Shown in pieces: positions 10,958-20,851 of a DNA stretch of 64,000 nucleotides. The translations under genes and the position numbers were made by a program. Positions within the stretch are counted from its first letter, which is position 1. Every line of letters starts with the position of its first letter. The stretch is from Novosphingobium sp. (lineage in GTDB: Bacteria > Pseudomonadota > Alphaproteobacteria > Sphingomonadales > Sphingomonadaceae), in assembly GCA_031361075.1 (NCBI GenBank), contig JANMCG010000007.1, positions 252 through 64,251 on the forward strand, given 5' to 3'. The notes under the pieces are model-generated. The model made no database searches, was not told where the DNA came from, and worked only from the letters and a program-made list of their open reading frames with translations.

Positions 10958-11107
10958 CTAGCGGCGAAGCAGCCGGTCGAGCCAGGTGCGATCGCTTTCC
11001 AGGGGACGGATCCGACCGTAAGTCTGCAGCCGCAACGACGGATCCATGCTGGACGGAGCTGGCTTCCAGGCCGCCGAAATATCAGAGCGTGACCGTTGTA
11101 ACGACAT
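10958..11107 (-). CDS. small hypothetical protein (49 aa)
   Basis: GGAGGG RBS before ATG; MSLQRSRS...YGRIRPLE...WLDRLLRR fills the intergenic gap. Confidence 0.55.
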   Translation of the reverse strand: MSLQRSRSDISAAWKPAPSSMDPSLRLQTYGRIRPLESDRTWLDRLLRR

Positions 11108-11144
11108 TTTGCCCTCCAATAGCACCGTGATGCTGCTACTATAA

Positions 11145-12794
<1,650 letters not shown>

Positions 12795-12798
<4 letters not shown>

Positions 12799-14063
12799 TT
12801 GACGGTGACTTGATAGGTAAGCGCATATGTCGACGGCCCCGCCAGCGTCCCGACCGCCACGGTGATAGTGCCAGCGCTGAAATTACCGCCGCTGACGGGC
12901 GTGGTCGTGGCCGCCGCGCAACTGGTGCCCGACCGCATCGAACTTGACACATATTGCGTGGCGGGCGGAATCGTGTCGCTCAGCGCAACCGAGGTTGCGG
13001 TGACGGTGGTCGGGTTGGTCAACACGATGCAATACAGCACGGTCGATCCGGGGATGTGTTTGGGATTGGTTCCACTGTTGACCGGGTCGGATATGACCGA
13101 GGATGTCTTGGTCACCGACATGGCAGCAACGGTGTCGATTATCACAAAGCCACCACCGCCTTTGCCCGGACTGGCAGCCAGCGCCGTGGTCGCGCCAGCC
13201 GCGCCGGCCCCGCCTTGAGCGAAGGTCGCTACGTTCGAGATTGCCGCGCCGGATTTGACGCAGCTGCCGCCGCCCTGGCCGCCGGTTGCAGTCGTTCCGT
13301 CAGCGTTGCTGGTGCCCGCTGCGCCCCCGGTATAACCGCCGCCGCCGCCGCCCGCGCCGCCGCCATCACCGTTATTCGTGAAGATCGACAAGGCGGCGCC
13401 GCTGCCGCCAAGCGCGATAGTGCTGCATAGGGCAACCGCCGTAGTCGTCAGCGCGGTGCTGCCAGCGCCGCCGGGTGCGTTGAACCCGCCGCCGCCGCCC
13501 CCGCCGCCCCCTGCAGCCTGGGCAATTACTGTCCCCGCTAAGGTGAACGTGGTGCTGCCGCCGCCGCCGCCGCCGCCGCCGCTCGCGCCGCTGCCGCCGC
13601 AATTGACGCCAGCTCCGGCGCCACCGGCCGCCGCTCCCGATCCGCCCAGCCCATTGCCGGTGCACGAACTGCCATATCCAAAAGTCAGGTTGCCCGCGGT
13701 ATAACCGCTCGTGCCGCCGTTGCCGATCGTGCCGGACAGCAGATCGCCGGGCACCACGGCAAAGGTGGCGGTTATTTTTGCCCCCGGCGCGCCGGCTCCG
13801 CCGACGCCGCCGGTATCGAACCCGCCGCCGCCGCCGCCGCCCCCACCGACCTGGATGGTCACCTGATAGGTTCCGGCAGGAACGGTGTAGGTCCAGATGC
13901 CGGGCGTTGAAAAGGTTATGGTGTTGGCTAGGGCGGGCGTGCTGCTGATTGCCGAAAAAAGCAGCATGACGCCCCGCAGCCACCTGCGCAGCAAAGCGCG
14001 TCGCCGCGGTCTGCAATCCGGTTTGAACCGATTTTCCGCGCGAGCGATGTGCAGATTGGCCAT
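12795..14063 (-). CDS. secreted glycine-rich protein with C-terminal DUF11-like domain (start uncertain)
   Basis: Signal peptide ending PALA; poly-Gly tracts; VTKTSSVISDPVN..NPKHIPGSTVLYCI domain. Confidence 0.7.
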
Positions 14064-14152
14064 GCTGCGCGATAGCTTGCGCCAGCTTCGCACCGGCCTA
14101 AACCAGACTTGCGTAAATCTGCTTAGGTTTTACCCGCGGATAAGACGGGCCC

Positions 14153-15793
14153 TCAACTAGCCGCAGTCAACCGCGCCACCACGCGGTCTTTGCCCAGCAC
14201 CTGCATCACCTCGAACAGATCGGGGGTATTGCGCCGTCCCGCAAGCACCACGCGCAGCACTCCGGCCAGATCGCCGAAATGCCCGCGAAATTCATCGGGG
14301 GCGGCTTTGAATGCCTTGACGTTGGGAGCGTAACCGAAGCTCAGCCCTAACGCGCGGAGCCATTCGAGCCAGCCATCGCGGTCAAGCGCGGGATCATAAG
14401 CCGATGCGATCGCCGCCAGCATTCCGGCAGGTGCGGCCGGCTGGATGGCCGCCAGCGCGGCTTGCGTTGCGGGCTGCATCGCGGCGTAGATGTCATCGAA
14501 GAAATAGCCGATATCGGCGGGCAGATCAGACCAGCGTACGATATCCTTGCGCGGGCGTTCGCCGTGGCGCTCGATGTCGAGAATTGCCTGCGCGTAAGCC
14601 GCGTCAGCGCCGAACCGCGCTGCGAAGTCAGTCGCATGGTCGCGCGCCCAGGCCAGCGCCGCATCATATACCGCCTTTGCGCTCATCGCCCCGACCAGAT
14701 CGCGCGAGACGCTGTCGAGCTTGGCCAGATCGAACAGCGCCCCGGCGCGGTTCATCCGCTCCAGTTCGATATGGAACTCCTCGTTGCTCACTCCCTGATT
14801 GGCGCCGCGCCAGTCCTCGAAACGGCCGTCAATCAGGTTGAGCAGGTATTCGATCACGGCTTGTCTGGGATACCCGGCTTCCATGTACCAGCCGACCGAC
14901 GCCTCAGGATCGCTCCGCTTCGACAGCTTGCGCCGCGACGAGCCATCGTTCTTCTCGATCGGTGAAATATGCGCAAAGCGCGGCGGGGCCCAGCCGAACA
15001 GCTGGAACATTTCGGCGTGCATCGGATAGCTCGCCAGCCATTCGTTGCCGCGCACCACGTCAGTCGTGCGCATGAAGTGATCGTCGACCACGTGCGCAAG
15101 GTGATAGGTTGGCATGCCATCGGCCTTGAGCAGCACGACATCGGTCTGGTTGGCGGGAAATTCGATGTTCTCGCGGATCGTATCGGGCAGGGTAATCCGC
15201 TCATCGCGCCCGCCGGTGGAACGCAGGCGGATTACGAACGGCTGGCCCGCGCCTAGCGCCGCGTCCACGTCGGCCGCAGTCTTGTCGCGCCAGATCGCCC
15301 AGGTGCCCCAATAGCCCGGCGGCACCTTGTGCTTAGCCTGCGCGTCGCGCAGCGCCTGCAATTCTTCGGCGCTGGCGAAGCACGGATAGGCGTGGCCCTG
15401 TTCGAGCAGCCAGCGCACGCAGCTTTGATAAATCGGTTTGCGGAGGCTCTGGCGATAGGGGCCATATCCGCCCTCTTCCTTGCCGTCTTCGATCTCGCCC
15501 TCGTCGGGCGAAAGGCCGTAAGTTGCGAGCGAGGCAAGGATCAGCCCGGTCGTGCCTTCGACTTCACGCTTCTTGTCGGTGTCCTCGATCCGCAAATAGA
15601 ACACCCCGCCGCTCTGATGCGCGACCCGGCGCGAAACCAGCGAGGTATAAAGCCCGCCGATGTGCATCGATCCGGTCGGGCTTGGGCCAAAGCGGGTGAC
15701 GCGTGCGCCATCGGGCAAATCGCGCGGCGGGAACCGCGCTTCGAGTTCGTCCAGCGTGAATGCGGCTTCGGGGGTGAAGATGTTATGGTCCAT
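14153..15793 (-). CDS. gltX: glutamate--tRNA ligase (long form)
   Basis: TRFGPSPTG, HIGG, LRIEDTD, GPYRQS, PTYHLAHVVDDH and KLSKR motifs. Confidence 0.9.
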   Translation of the reverse strand: MDHNIFTPEAAFTLDELEARFPPRDLPDGARVTRFGPSPTGSMHIGGLYTSLVSRRVAHQSGGVFYLRIEDTDKKREVEGTTGLILASLATYGLSPDEGEIEDGKEEGGYGPYRQSLRKPIYQSCVRWLLEQGHAYPCFASAEELQALRDAQAKHKVPPGYWGTWAIWRDKTAADVDAALGAGQPFVIRLRSTGGRDERITLPDTIRENIEFPANQTDVVLLKADGMPTYHLAHVVDDHFMRTTDVVRGNEWLASYPMHAEMFQLFGWAPPRFAHISPIEKNDGSSRRKLSKRSDPEASVGWYMEAGYPRQAVIEYLLNLIDGRFEDWRGANQGVSNEEFHIELERMNRAGALFDLAKLDSVSRDLVGAMSAKAVYDAALAWARDHATDFAARFGADAAYAQAILDIERHGERPRKDIVRWSDLPADIGYFFDDIYAAMQPATQAALAAIQPAAPAGMLAAIASAYDPALDRDGWLEWLRALGLSFGYAPNVKAFKAAPDEFRGHFGDLAGVLRVVLAGRRNTPDLFEVMQVLGKDRVVARLTAAS

Positions 15794-15843
15794 CGGTGCC
15801 CCTTAAAGGAATTGAGGCGGAGTTAAAGCCTTGGACTTTCTTC

Positions 15844-15866
15844 GCCCCTCCCCGGTGGTGAGGGGC
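15844..15866. repeat. REP-like palindrome, left copy
   Basis: GCCCCTCCCCGGTGGTGAGGGGC; inverted near-identical copy at 57974-57996. Confidence 0.75.
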
Positions 15867-15911
15867 CTACGGTGCCAACCGTCACCTTCGGCGGGTGAGG
15901 GTTCGACATCG

Positions 15912-15916
15912 GCGTG
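15912..15916 (+). repeat. 5-bp target-site duplication GCGTG (left)
   Basis: GCGTG precedes TGTA here and follows TACA at 57952-57956. Confidence 0.9.
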
Positions 15917-16058
15917 TGTACGGTGACACAACAGGTTAGAGTGCCGTGAGCCCGGGATTTTTTGGGCGTCTGCGGGACTGCGTGGGATTTTGATCGCGGA
16001 AATCGGCCATTGTGGTCAGTCATCCTTAGTCCTGGCGCAGCGGCGCGACTGTCTAGAG
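15917..16058 (+). promoter_or_regulatory. attL with putative transposase-binding sites
   Basis: TGACACAAC (15924-15932), TTAGAGT (15936-15942) and CGGCGCGActgtcTAGAG (16041-16058) all recur inverted at the right end. Confidence 0.75.
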
Positions 16059-16332
16059 CAACGGTTAATTTAGACGATGCGCTGACAGCACCGGCTGGAG
16101 TCTTGAATTCGGGTCGAATGCCCTCTTAGCGGCGGAAAAACGACCTCTGAGAGGGCAATGAGAAGCTTCTAAGCGACGTTGGCGCACATCGGAAGTGGGC
16201 GAACTGGGGCAGATAGGGCGCCCGGTTCGGTATTCGGCTAGTTGGCACACCAAATTGGCGGAAACCGGCCTTCTTAGTTGTTAGGCGCTTCCTGCAGCCT
16301 CGCTTTGAAAACCGGGGAAGTGGGACAGAATT

Positions 16333-16581
16333 CTAGCGCCTGCGCGGCTGCGGAATTGTCTTCGATCGGCGATATCGGCGGGTGCCGGTTTCAATCCAGG
16401 TGAGTGGGCCGAAATGAATGGTACCCTGACCACTGTCGAAGGCAAGGCCATGAGCCACGGCAAGGCGCAGCACCCGATCCCGGTCCTCGATCCAGTGGCT
16501 ATAACGCTTTTGACCGCACCAAAGCCGGTAAAACGTGAGCGCTGGTTTCGTCGTCAGCTTAGCGGCTGGTCGGTAGCGCAA
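16333..16581 (-). CDS. hypothetical protein
   Basis: 82-aa basic ORF, last in the cI-direction cluster; overlaps the lipoprotein gene end. Confidence 0.45.
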   Translation of the reverse strand: MRYRPAAKLTTKPALTFYRLWCGQKRYSHWIEDRDRVLRLAVAHGLAFDSGQGTIHFGPLTWIETGTRRYRRSKTIPQPRRR

Positions 16582-16973
16582 TGGACCGTTCCCAAGTTCG
16601 CATCCCGCCCATTTCCCTCCGGCGCCATGTATTTGCGATAGTCGACGATCCGGACATTGGTTGCCGCGGTGTCGATGCCGAGCTGCTGCAGGCGCAGGCA
16701 GAAGTATTGCGCATAGCCGATGCGCGACGAACCATCATCCTTCACGCCGATCGTCCATTGCACAGCCGCCTTCGAATCGTAGACCAGGTCAACCACTTTG
16801 GGCTCCGCGCGGAACAAAGCCTCAGCCGCTTTGATCTTGGAAATATCGGTTTCAGCGGGCGTAGCTGTCGCCTCGACCGTCTGGTCGGATATCGGCTGTT
16901 CGTTTGGGGAGTTCGAGCAGGCCGTCATCAAGCCAGAAAGCCAGAAAGCCAGAAATACAGATCGCATTTTCAA
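16554..16973 (-). CDS. prophage lipoprotein
   Basis: Signal peptide with lipobox LMTA-C; RBS GAGGAGG; overlaps the stop of the upstream gene. Confidence 0.75.
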   Translation of the reverse strand: MKMRSVFLAFWLSGLMTACSNSPNEQPISDQTVEATATPAETDISKIKAAEALFRAEPKVVDLVYDSKAAVQWTIGVKDDGSSRIGYAQYFCLRLQQLGIDTAATNVRIVDYRKYMAPEGNGRDANLGTVHCATDQPLS

Positions 16974-17365
16974 CCCTCCTCGTCAGGCCAGCTCTGATCC
17001 CATTCATCGGCAAACTCGCCCGATTGGTCAACCTGCGCCGGGATGTGAGGCTCGGAGCCGTCAAACGCAATCCTGATCCAACCGCCGAAGTCGGAGAGAT
17101 CCTGAAAAACGGCCTTCCATTCGCGCCCGGAGCTTATGAGTGCGCCGATATAGCCACATCGCTCAGCCGGGAGGTATCCAATCTGCACGTTCCGGCACGA
17201 GTATACCGCCACCGCCCGCTCATCCTTTTTGTTGCGAGGTTCGGGGCGGAGATCGACTGCCTCACCGGGCTTGCAAAGCAGGAGCTCGAAGCGACGGTTC
17301 GAGCCATCGGCGTTTAGGTGAGCCGCACCGACAACAGCTAGCGAAATCGATCCGCCTTGACGCAC
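16970..17365 (-). CDS. HIRAN domain protein
   Basis: LAVVG...VDLRPEPRNKKDERAVAV...QIGYLP; GTG start overlaps the cI stop. Confidence 0.8.
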   Translation of the reverse strand: MRQGGSISLAVVGAAHLNADGSNRRFELLLCKPGEAVDLRPEPRNKKDERAVAVYSCRNVQIGYLPAERCGYIGALISSGREWKAVFQDLSDFGGWIRIAFDGSEPHIPAQVDQSGEFADEWDQSWPDEEG

Positions 17366-18039
17366 TACAGGCGCTTCACCACCGCAACCACGCGGCCGAC
17401 GATGTGCAAGTCGCCATCGGTTGCGATCTCGTCCCTGACCATTTGATTGTCCGACATGATGCGAACGGTCCCATCGGGCAAAGGGCGCAGGCGCTTGATC
17501 ATTCCGGCGCCGCCAAAAACGCAAGCCCAGATCTTGTCGCCCTTCTCTCCCTTGAGTTCGCGCTGGCCCCGATCGCAGATCACGATGTCGGCGTCTTCGA
17601 TCGTTCCGCGCATCGAATCTCCCCAGCCTGCAGTGGTGAACAGCAGCTCGGGCGAAGAGTGGGTATAAGCGCGCAGCCAGCGGCGCGAGAATTTGACCTT
17701 TTCGATCTCAATCGCGTCGTTGTCGATAAACGTCCCACCGAGCCCAAAGGCGGTATCTAGCTGGTCGATCTCGACTAAATCAGTGTCGTCTGAAGACGAA
17801 TCTTGCGCCAGTTTGCCCTGGTCACCATCATCGGCGGCTTCATCGCTTTCACCGGTAAGGTATTCGGGCGTTGTGCGCAGGAAGCGAGCAATCTGATAGA
17901 CTTTCGCTGTGTCGGTAGTCCCGCCGAGGACCATCTTACTGACAGCTTGTGGCGAGACGCCGATAGCCCGAGCCAGCGCCGCTTGGGAGCTGCCGATGGC
18001 GTCTATCTGCGCCCTAAGTCTATCCCCCAAAATCACCAT
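17365..18039 (-). CDS. CI-like phage repressor (XRE HTH + S24)
   Basis: SQAALARAIGVSPQAVSK HTH; GDSM and IKRL motifs. Confidence 0.92.
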   Translation of the reverse strand: MVILGDRLRAQIDAIGSSQAALARAIGVSPQAVSKMVLGGTTDTAKVYQIARFLRTTPEYLTGESDEAADDGDQGKLAQDSSSDDTDLVEIDQLDTAFGLGGTFIDNDAIEIEKVKFSRRWLRAYTHSSPELLFTTAGWGDSMRGTIEDADIVICDRGQRELKGEKGDKIWACVFGGAGMIKRLRPLPDGTVRIMSDNQMVRDEIATDGDLHIVGRVVAVVKRL

Positions 18040-18048
18040 AGTTCCTTC

Positions 18049-18130
18049 GCAACTAAGGTTGCAGGCCGGAAGTCAAATCTAGTTGTTGACGAAGGCAACT
18101 CTGGTTGCCATTAGATGCAACTATGGTTGA
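18049..18130. promoter_or_regulatory. operator array between cI and cro (CAACTnnGGTTG)
   Basis: Palindromes at 18049-18062, 18095-18108 and 18117-18130, plus a degenerate one at 18073-18086; 22-24 bp spacing; TTGACG -35 at 18086. Confidence 0.85.
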
Positions 18131-18371
18131 CGCACTCACCCCATTCGAGGCCCTGACTGAAGCAGTTGAAAAGGCCGGTTCGCAGGCTGCGATAGCTCGC
18201 GCCTGCGGCATTTCGACAACTGCAGTGTGGAAGTGGGTCCAGACCTCAAAGCGCATTCCCGCCGAATTCGTCCTGAAGGTCGAGGACCTGACCGGCGTAT
18301 CCCGGCACGCACTCCGCCCGGACATTTATCCAATCGAGACGCGCCGAAATCGTAGGGCGGTGGCCGCATGA
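18123..18371 (+). CDS. Cro/YdaS-like regulator
   Basis: GSQAAIARACGISTTAVWKW...TGVSRHALRPDIYP. Confidence 0.9.
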   Translation: MVDALTPFEALTEAVEKAGSQAAIARACGISTTAVWKWVQTSKRIPAEFVLKVEDLTGVSRHALRPDIYPIETRRNRRAVAA

Positions 18372-18433
18372 TCGAGAACTTCGACCCTGCGGTGCATAAG
18401 ATTGCACGGCGGCTCGCCGACCATAGGCGGCGC

Positions 18434-18673
18434 CTAGTCATTGGCAGGGGCATCGAGTGCAACGCGCATCTCGTCGAGCAGGCGGGTAACCGCGCGCACT
18501 TCGGCGGGCGGGCGATCGCCAACGTCAGCAATGGCCTGCGCTTGCAGAATCACAGACTTCGCCAAACCGCGGGATTGGTGGTCGATCGCGACCATCACGG
18601 CAATCAGCACGTCACGCACAGCGGCGTTACTGGCCTCCAATTCGGCAATTCTGACTTCAATCGCATTCAGCAC
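18434..18673 (-). CDS. antisense small helical protein (79 aa)
   Basis: AAGGAG RBS before GTG; amphipathic protein-like sequence; lies opposite ORF 18368-18754(+). Confidence 0.55.
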   Translation of the reverse strand: MLNAIEVRIAELEASNAAVRDVLIAVMVAIDHQSRGLAKSVILQAQAIADVGDRPPAEVRAVTRLLDEMRVALDAPAND

Positions 18674-18750
18674 GGCGGGCTCCTTTTGCTGCCTGCCGTT
18701 GATCCTATCCGCGCCCGGTTTGGCGCGCATCGTCTAAGTGAGACATCCAA

Positions 18751-19731
18751 ATGAGCGGTCCCTCGACCTTCGGCGAGGCGCTGCTGCGCATTGCTCCTTC
18801 CGACATCCACATTCCCAAGCGACTCGGGTTGTATTTCCCTGACAAGGCAGCGGCGCTCGGCCGGCTGATGGCCATCCACGGGCAGCGGACGCCGATTACC
18901 GTGCGAAAGTCCAATAGCGTACCGGACAAGCCATGGACCTTGGTCGTGGGCATGCACCGCCTCAACGGTGCGCTGATCGAAGACTTGCCGCACGTTTTTG
19001 CGCTTGAGCGGGTCGGTGGATCAGTTGCGGATGCGCTCGATGAAGAGGCCAGCGAAAATCTCGACCGGCGTGATCAGCCGCCACTCGAGAAGGCGATTTT
19101 CGTGCATGCCACCTGCGAAGCAGCCAAATCGCGACTCGCCCTGGCGCACGGCAATCTATCGCAACACCAGCTTGCAACCAAGGCTCGCTGGGACCGCGTA
19201 AAATCCGGCCAATCGCGTGCTGAACAGGCGCTACAGGAAGAAAGCGACGATACGGCGGACACGATGTCCGCCGTATATGGATGGGTGGAATCGACTGCCG
19301 AGGCCTTCGGGCGCGACAAGCGATCTATCCGCCGCTCGCTGGCGCTCTATCGCTTGGTCATTCAGCCGTTTCCCGGGCTGACCCAAGCGCTCTCGGACCA
19401 TCCTGTCGTGGGCAACAATGCCGCGCAGCTGAAGGCGATCGCCGACGTCCAGGACGAGAAGCAGCGCCGCGCGGTGATCGAGCAGCTGCTCGCCGATTTG
19501 GAGTTGAGCGCCGACGATGCTCGCATCCAAGTCGGTATCGATCGGCCAGCTGGTGCCGATGCCGCGCCAGTCGCTCACCAGAAGTTCTACAACCAGATCG
19601 AAGGCGGATGGGAGCGCCTGTCGCTCCCCCAGCGCCGCGCCTTTGTGCCCTCGATTGCCGCGATGATGCACACGCCCGAGCTCAAGCGCGCACTTCGCGA
19701 CAGGCTCAATGAGGAGCTTGGCGATGAGTGA
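18751..19731 (+). CDS. ParB N-terminal domain protein
   Basis: GQRTPITVR...LVVGMHRL...EASENLDR, then HTH (TAEAFGRDKRSIRR). Confidence 0.8.
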   Translation: MSGPSTFGEALLRIAPSDIHIPKRLGLYFPDKAAALGRLMAIHGQRTPITVRKSNSVPDKPWTLVVGMHRLNGALIEDLPHVFALERVGGSVADALDEEASENLDRRDQPPLEKAIFVHATCEAAKSRLALAHGNLSQHQLATKARWDRVKSGQSRAEQALQEESDDTADTMSAVYGWVESTAEAFGRDKRSIRRSLALYRLVIQPFPGLTQALSDHPVVGNNAAQLKAIADVQDEKQRRAVIEQLLADLELSADDARIQVGIDRPAGADAAPVAHQKFYNQIEGGWERLSLPQRRAFVPSIAAMMHTPELKRALRDRLNEELGDE

Positions 19732-19957
19732 GACCAAGCGAATCGCGCGTCAAAGAGCTGAAAGTTTCGCTGTTCGAGAGCCGCAACTGACGACCAGCCT
19801 CGGCCTGATCGTGCTCATGGGCATGGAGGAGATCGCCTTCATGGAGATCATAGCCGGCGACCGGCTTCTTCATACCTACAGCACGCACTTTCCAATGCCC
19901 GACGGGCAAACTTGGGACCTCAAACTCTCAAAGCGTGAGGTCAGCGATGCGCGGTGA
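19724..19957 (+). CDS. hypothetical protein
   Basis: RBS GAGGAG; overlaps both neighbours. Confidence 0.6.
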   Translation: MSETKRIARQRAESFAVREPQLTTSLGLIVLMGMEEIAFMEIIAGDRLLHTYSTHFPMPDGQTWDLKLSKREVSDAR

Positions 19958-20612
19958 AATCTCATCGGCCAAGTTCGAAAAACGCCACCCGCTCGACTGG
20001 TACGTCGAAGAGGGCTGGGAGTGGGAGCAGATTGCTCGTGCGATTGGTCCTGACGAACAGGAAGAGGGCGTTGCTATCTGGGATCCGGCCTGCGGCTACG
20101 GTCACTCGCTGTCCCGCATGCAGGGGATCGGCTTCACTGCCGAGCTGATCGCCTCGGACGTTTGCGACAACCTTGCCTGCGAAGACTTCGACTTTCCGCC
20201 TGAATTCATCAGCCTCGACTTCCTCGACGATACGAAGGTGGTGCCGCCCGCGGCCTGCTCGATCTTCTGCAATCCACCCTACAGCTACAAGAAGGTTGAT
20301 GGCGAAATCATCTCTCAAGCCTTCGCTCGCCAGGCGCTTCGGCTTGCAACCCACCGCGTAGTGTTTCTGCTGCCGCTCAAGTGGCTCGCCGGCCAATCGC
20401 GAGGCCGATTCCTGCGCGATCATCCTCCGCAAAAGATCCTGTTTTTCACTCAGCGGCCGTCGATGCCACCCGGCGATCGCATCCACCTCATGGGCAACCG
20501 CGCGTACTCGGGCGGCATGGTCGATTACTGTGCGGTGATCTGGAATCAGCGCGTCACGACCTTGCCAGGCGAGACGCGCTCGATCTGGCTGCCCCGATTG
20601 GGCGAACGTTGA
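19947..20612 (+). CDS. SAM-dependent DNA amino-methyltransferase
   Basis: DWY, IWDPACGYG (motif I) and NPPY (motif IV). Confidence 0.8.
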   Translation: MRGEISSAKFEKRHPLDWYVEEGWEWEQIARAIGPDEQEEGVAIWDPACGYGHSLSRMQGIGFTAELIASDVCDNLACEDFDFPPEFISLDFLDDTKVVPPAACSIFCNPPYSYKKVDGEIISQAFARQALRLATHRVVFLLPLKWLAGQSRGRFLRDHPPQKILFFTQRPSMPPGDRIHLMGNRAYSGGMVDYCAVIWNQRVTTLPGETRSIWLPRLGER

Positions 20613-20851
20613 TGTCGCGCCCGCTCACCCAAGCAGAGAAATGGCGCGCGCACCGCGAGGCTTTCACGCTGGCGCTCGAGCTGGGCGTCACGCCCAAGCA
20701 GGCCGAACAGGAAATCGCCCGGATTAGGGCGCGCGAAGCACACCGCGCTGCATCCGATCGGCTCGCCGCCAAGATGGCAGCACCGATCCTGCCGACCCCG
20801 AATTTTGAACGCGATGAAGGCCCGGCCGAGCCGTGGATGATGAGGGATTGA
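20612..20851 (+). CDS. hypothetical protein
   Basis: TGATG coupling at both ends; MSRPLTQAEKW... Confidence 0.65.
   Translation: MSRPLTQAEKWRAHREAFTLALELGVTPKQAEQEIARIRAREAHRAASDRLAAKMAAPILPTPNFERDEGPAEPWMMRD

Noticed and set aside
13330-13850. (GCC)n tracts as contingency repeats
   Set aside because: They encode in-frame poly-Gly; triplet slippage would not switch phase
15794-16100. tRNA gene or integrase att core at the prophage boundary
   Set aside because: No cloverleaf or long direct repeat seen; the ends fit DDE transposition and no integrase is present
15823-16253. Short ORFs 15823-16023 and 16065-16253
   Set aside because: They span the att junction or cis-motif region and lack coding features
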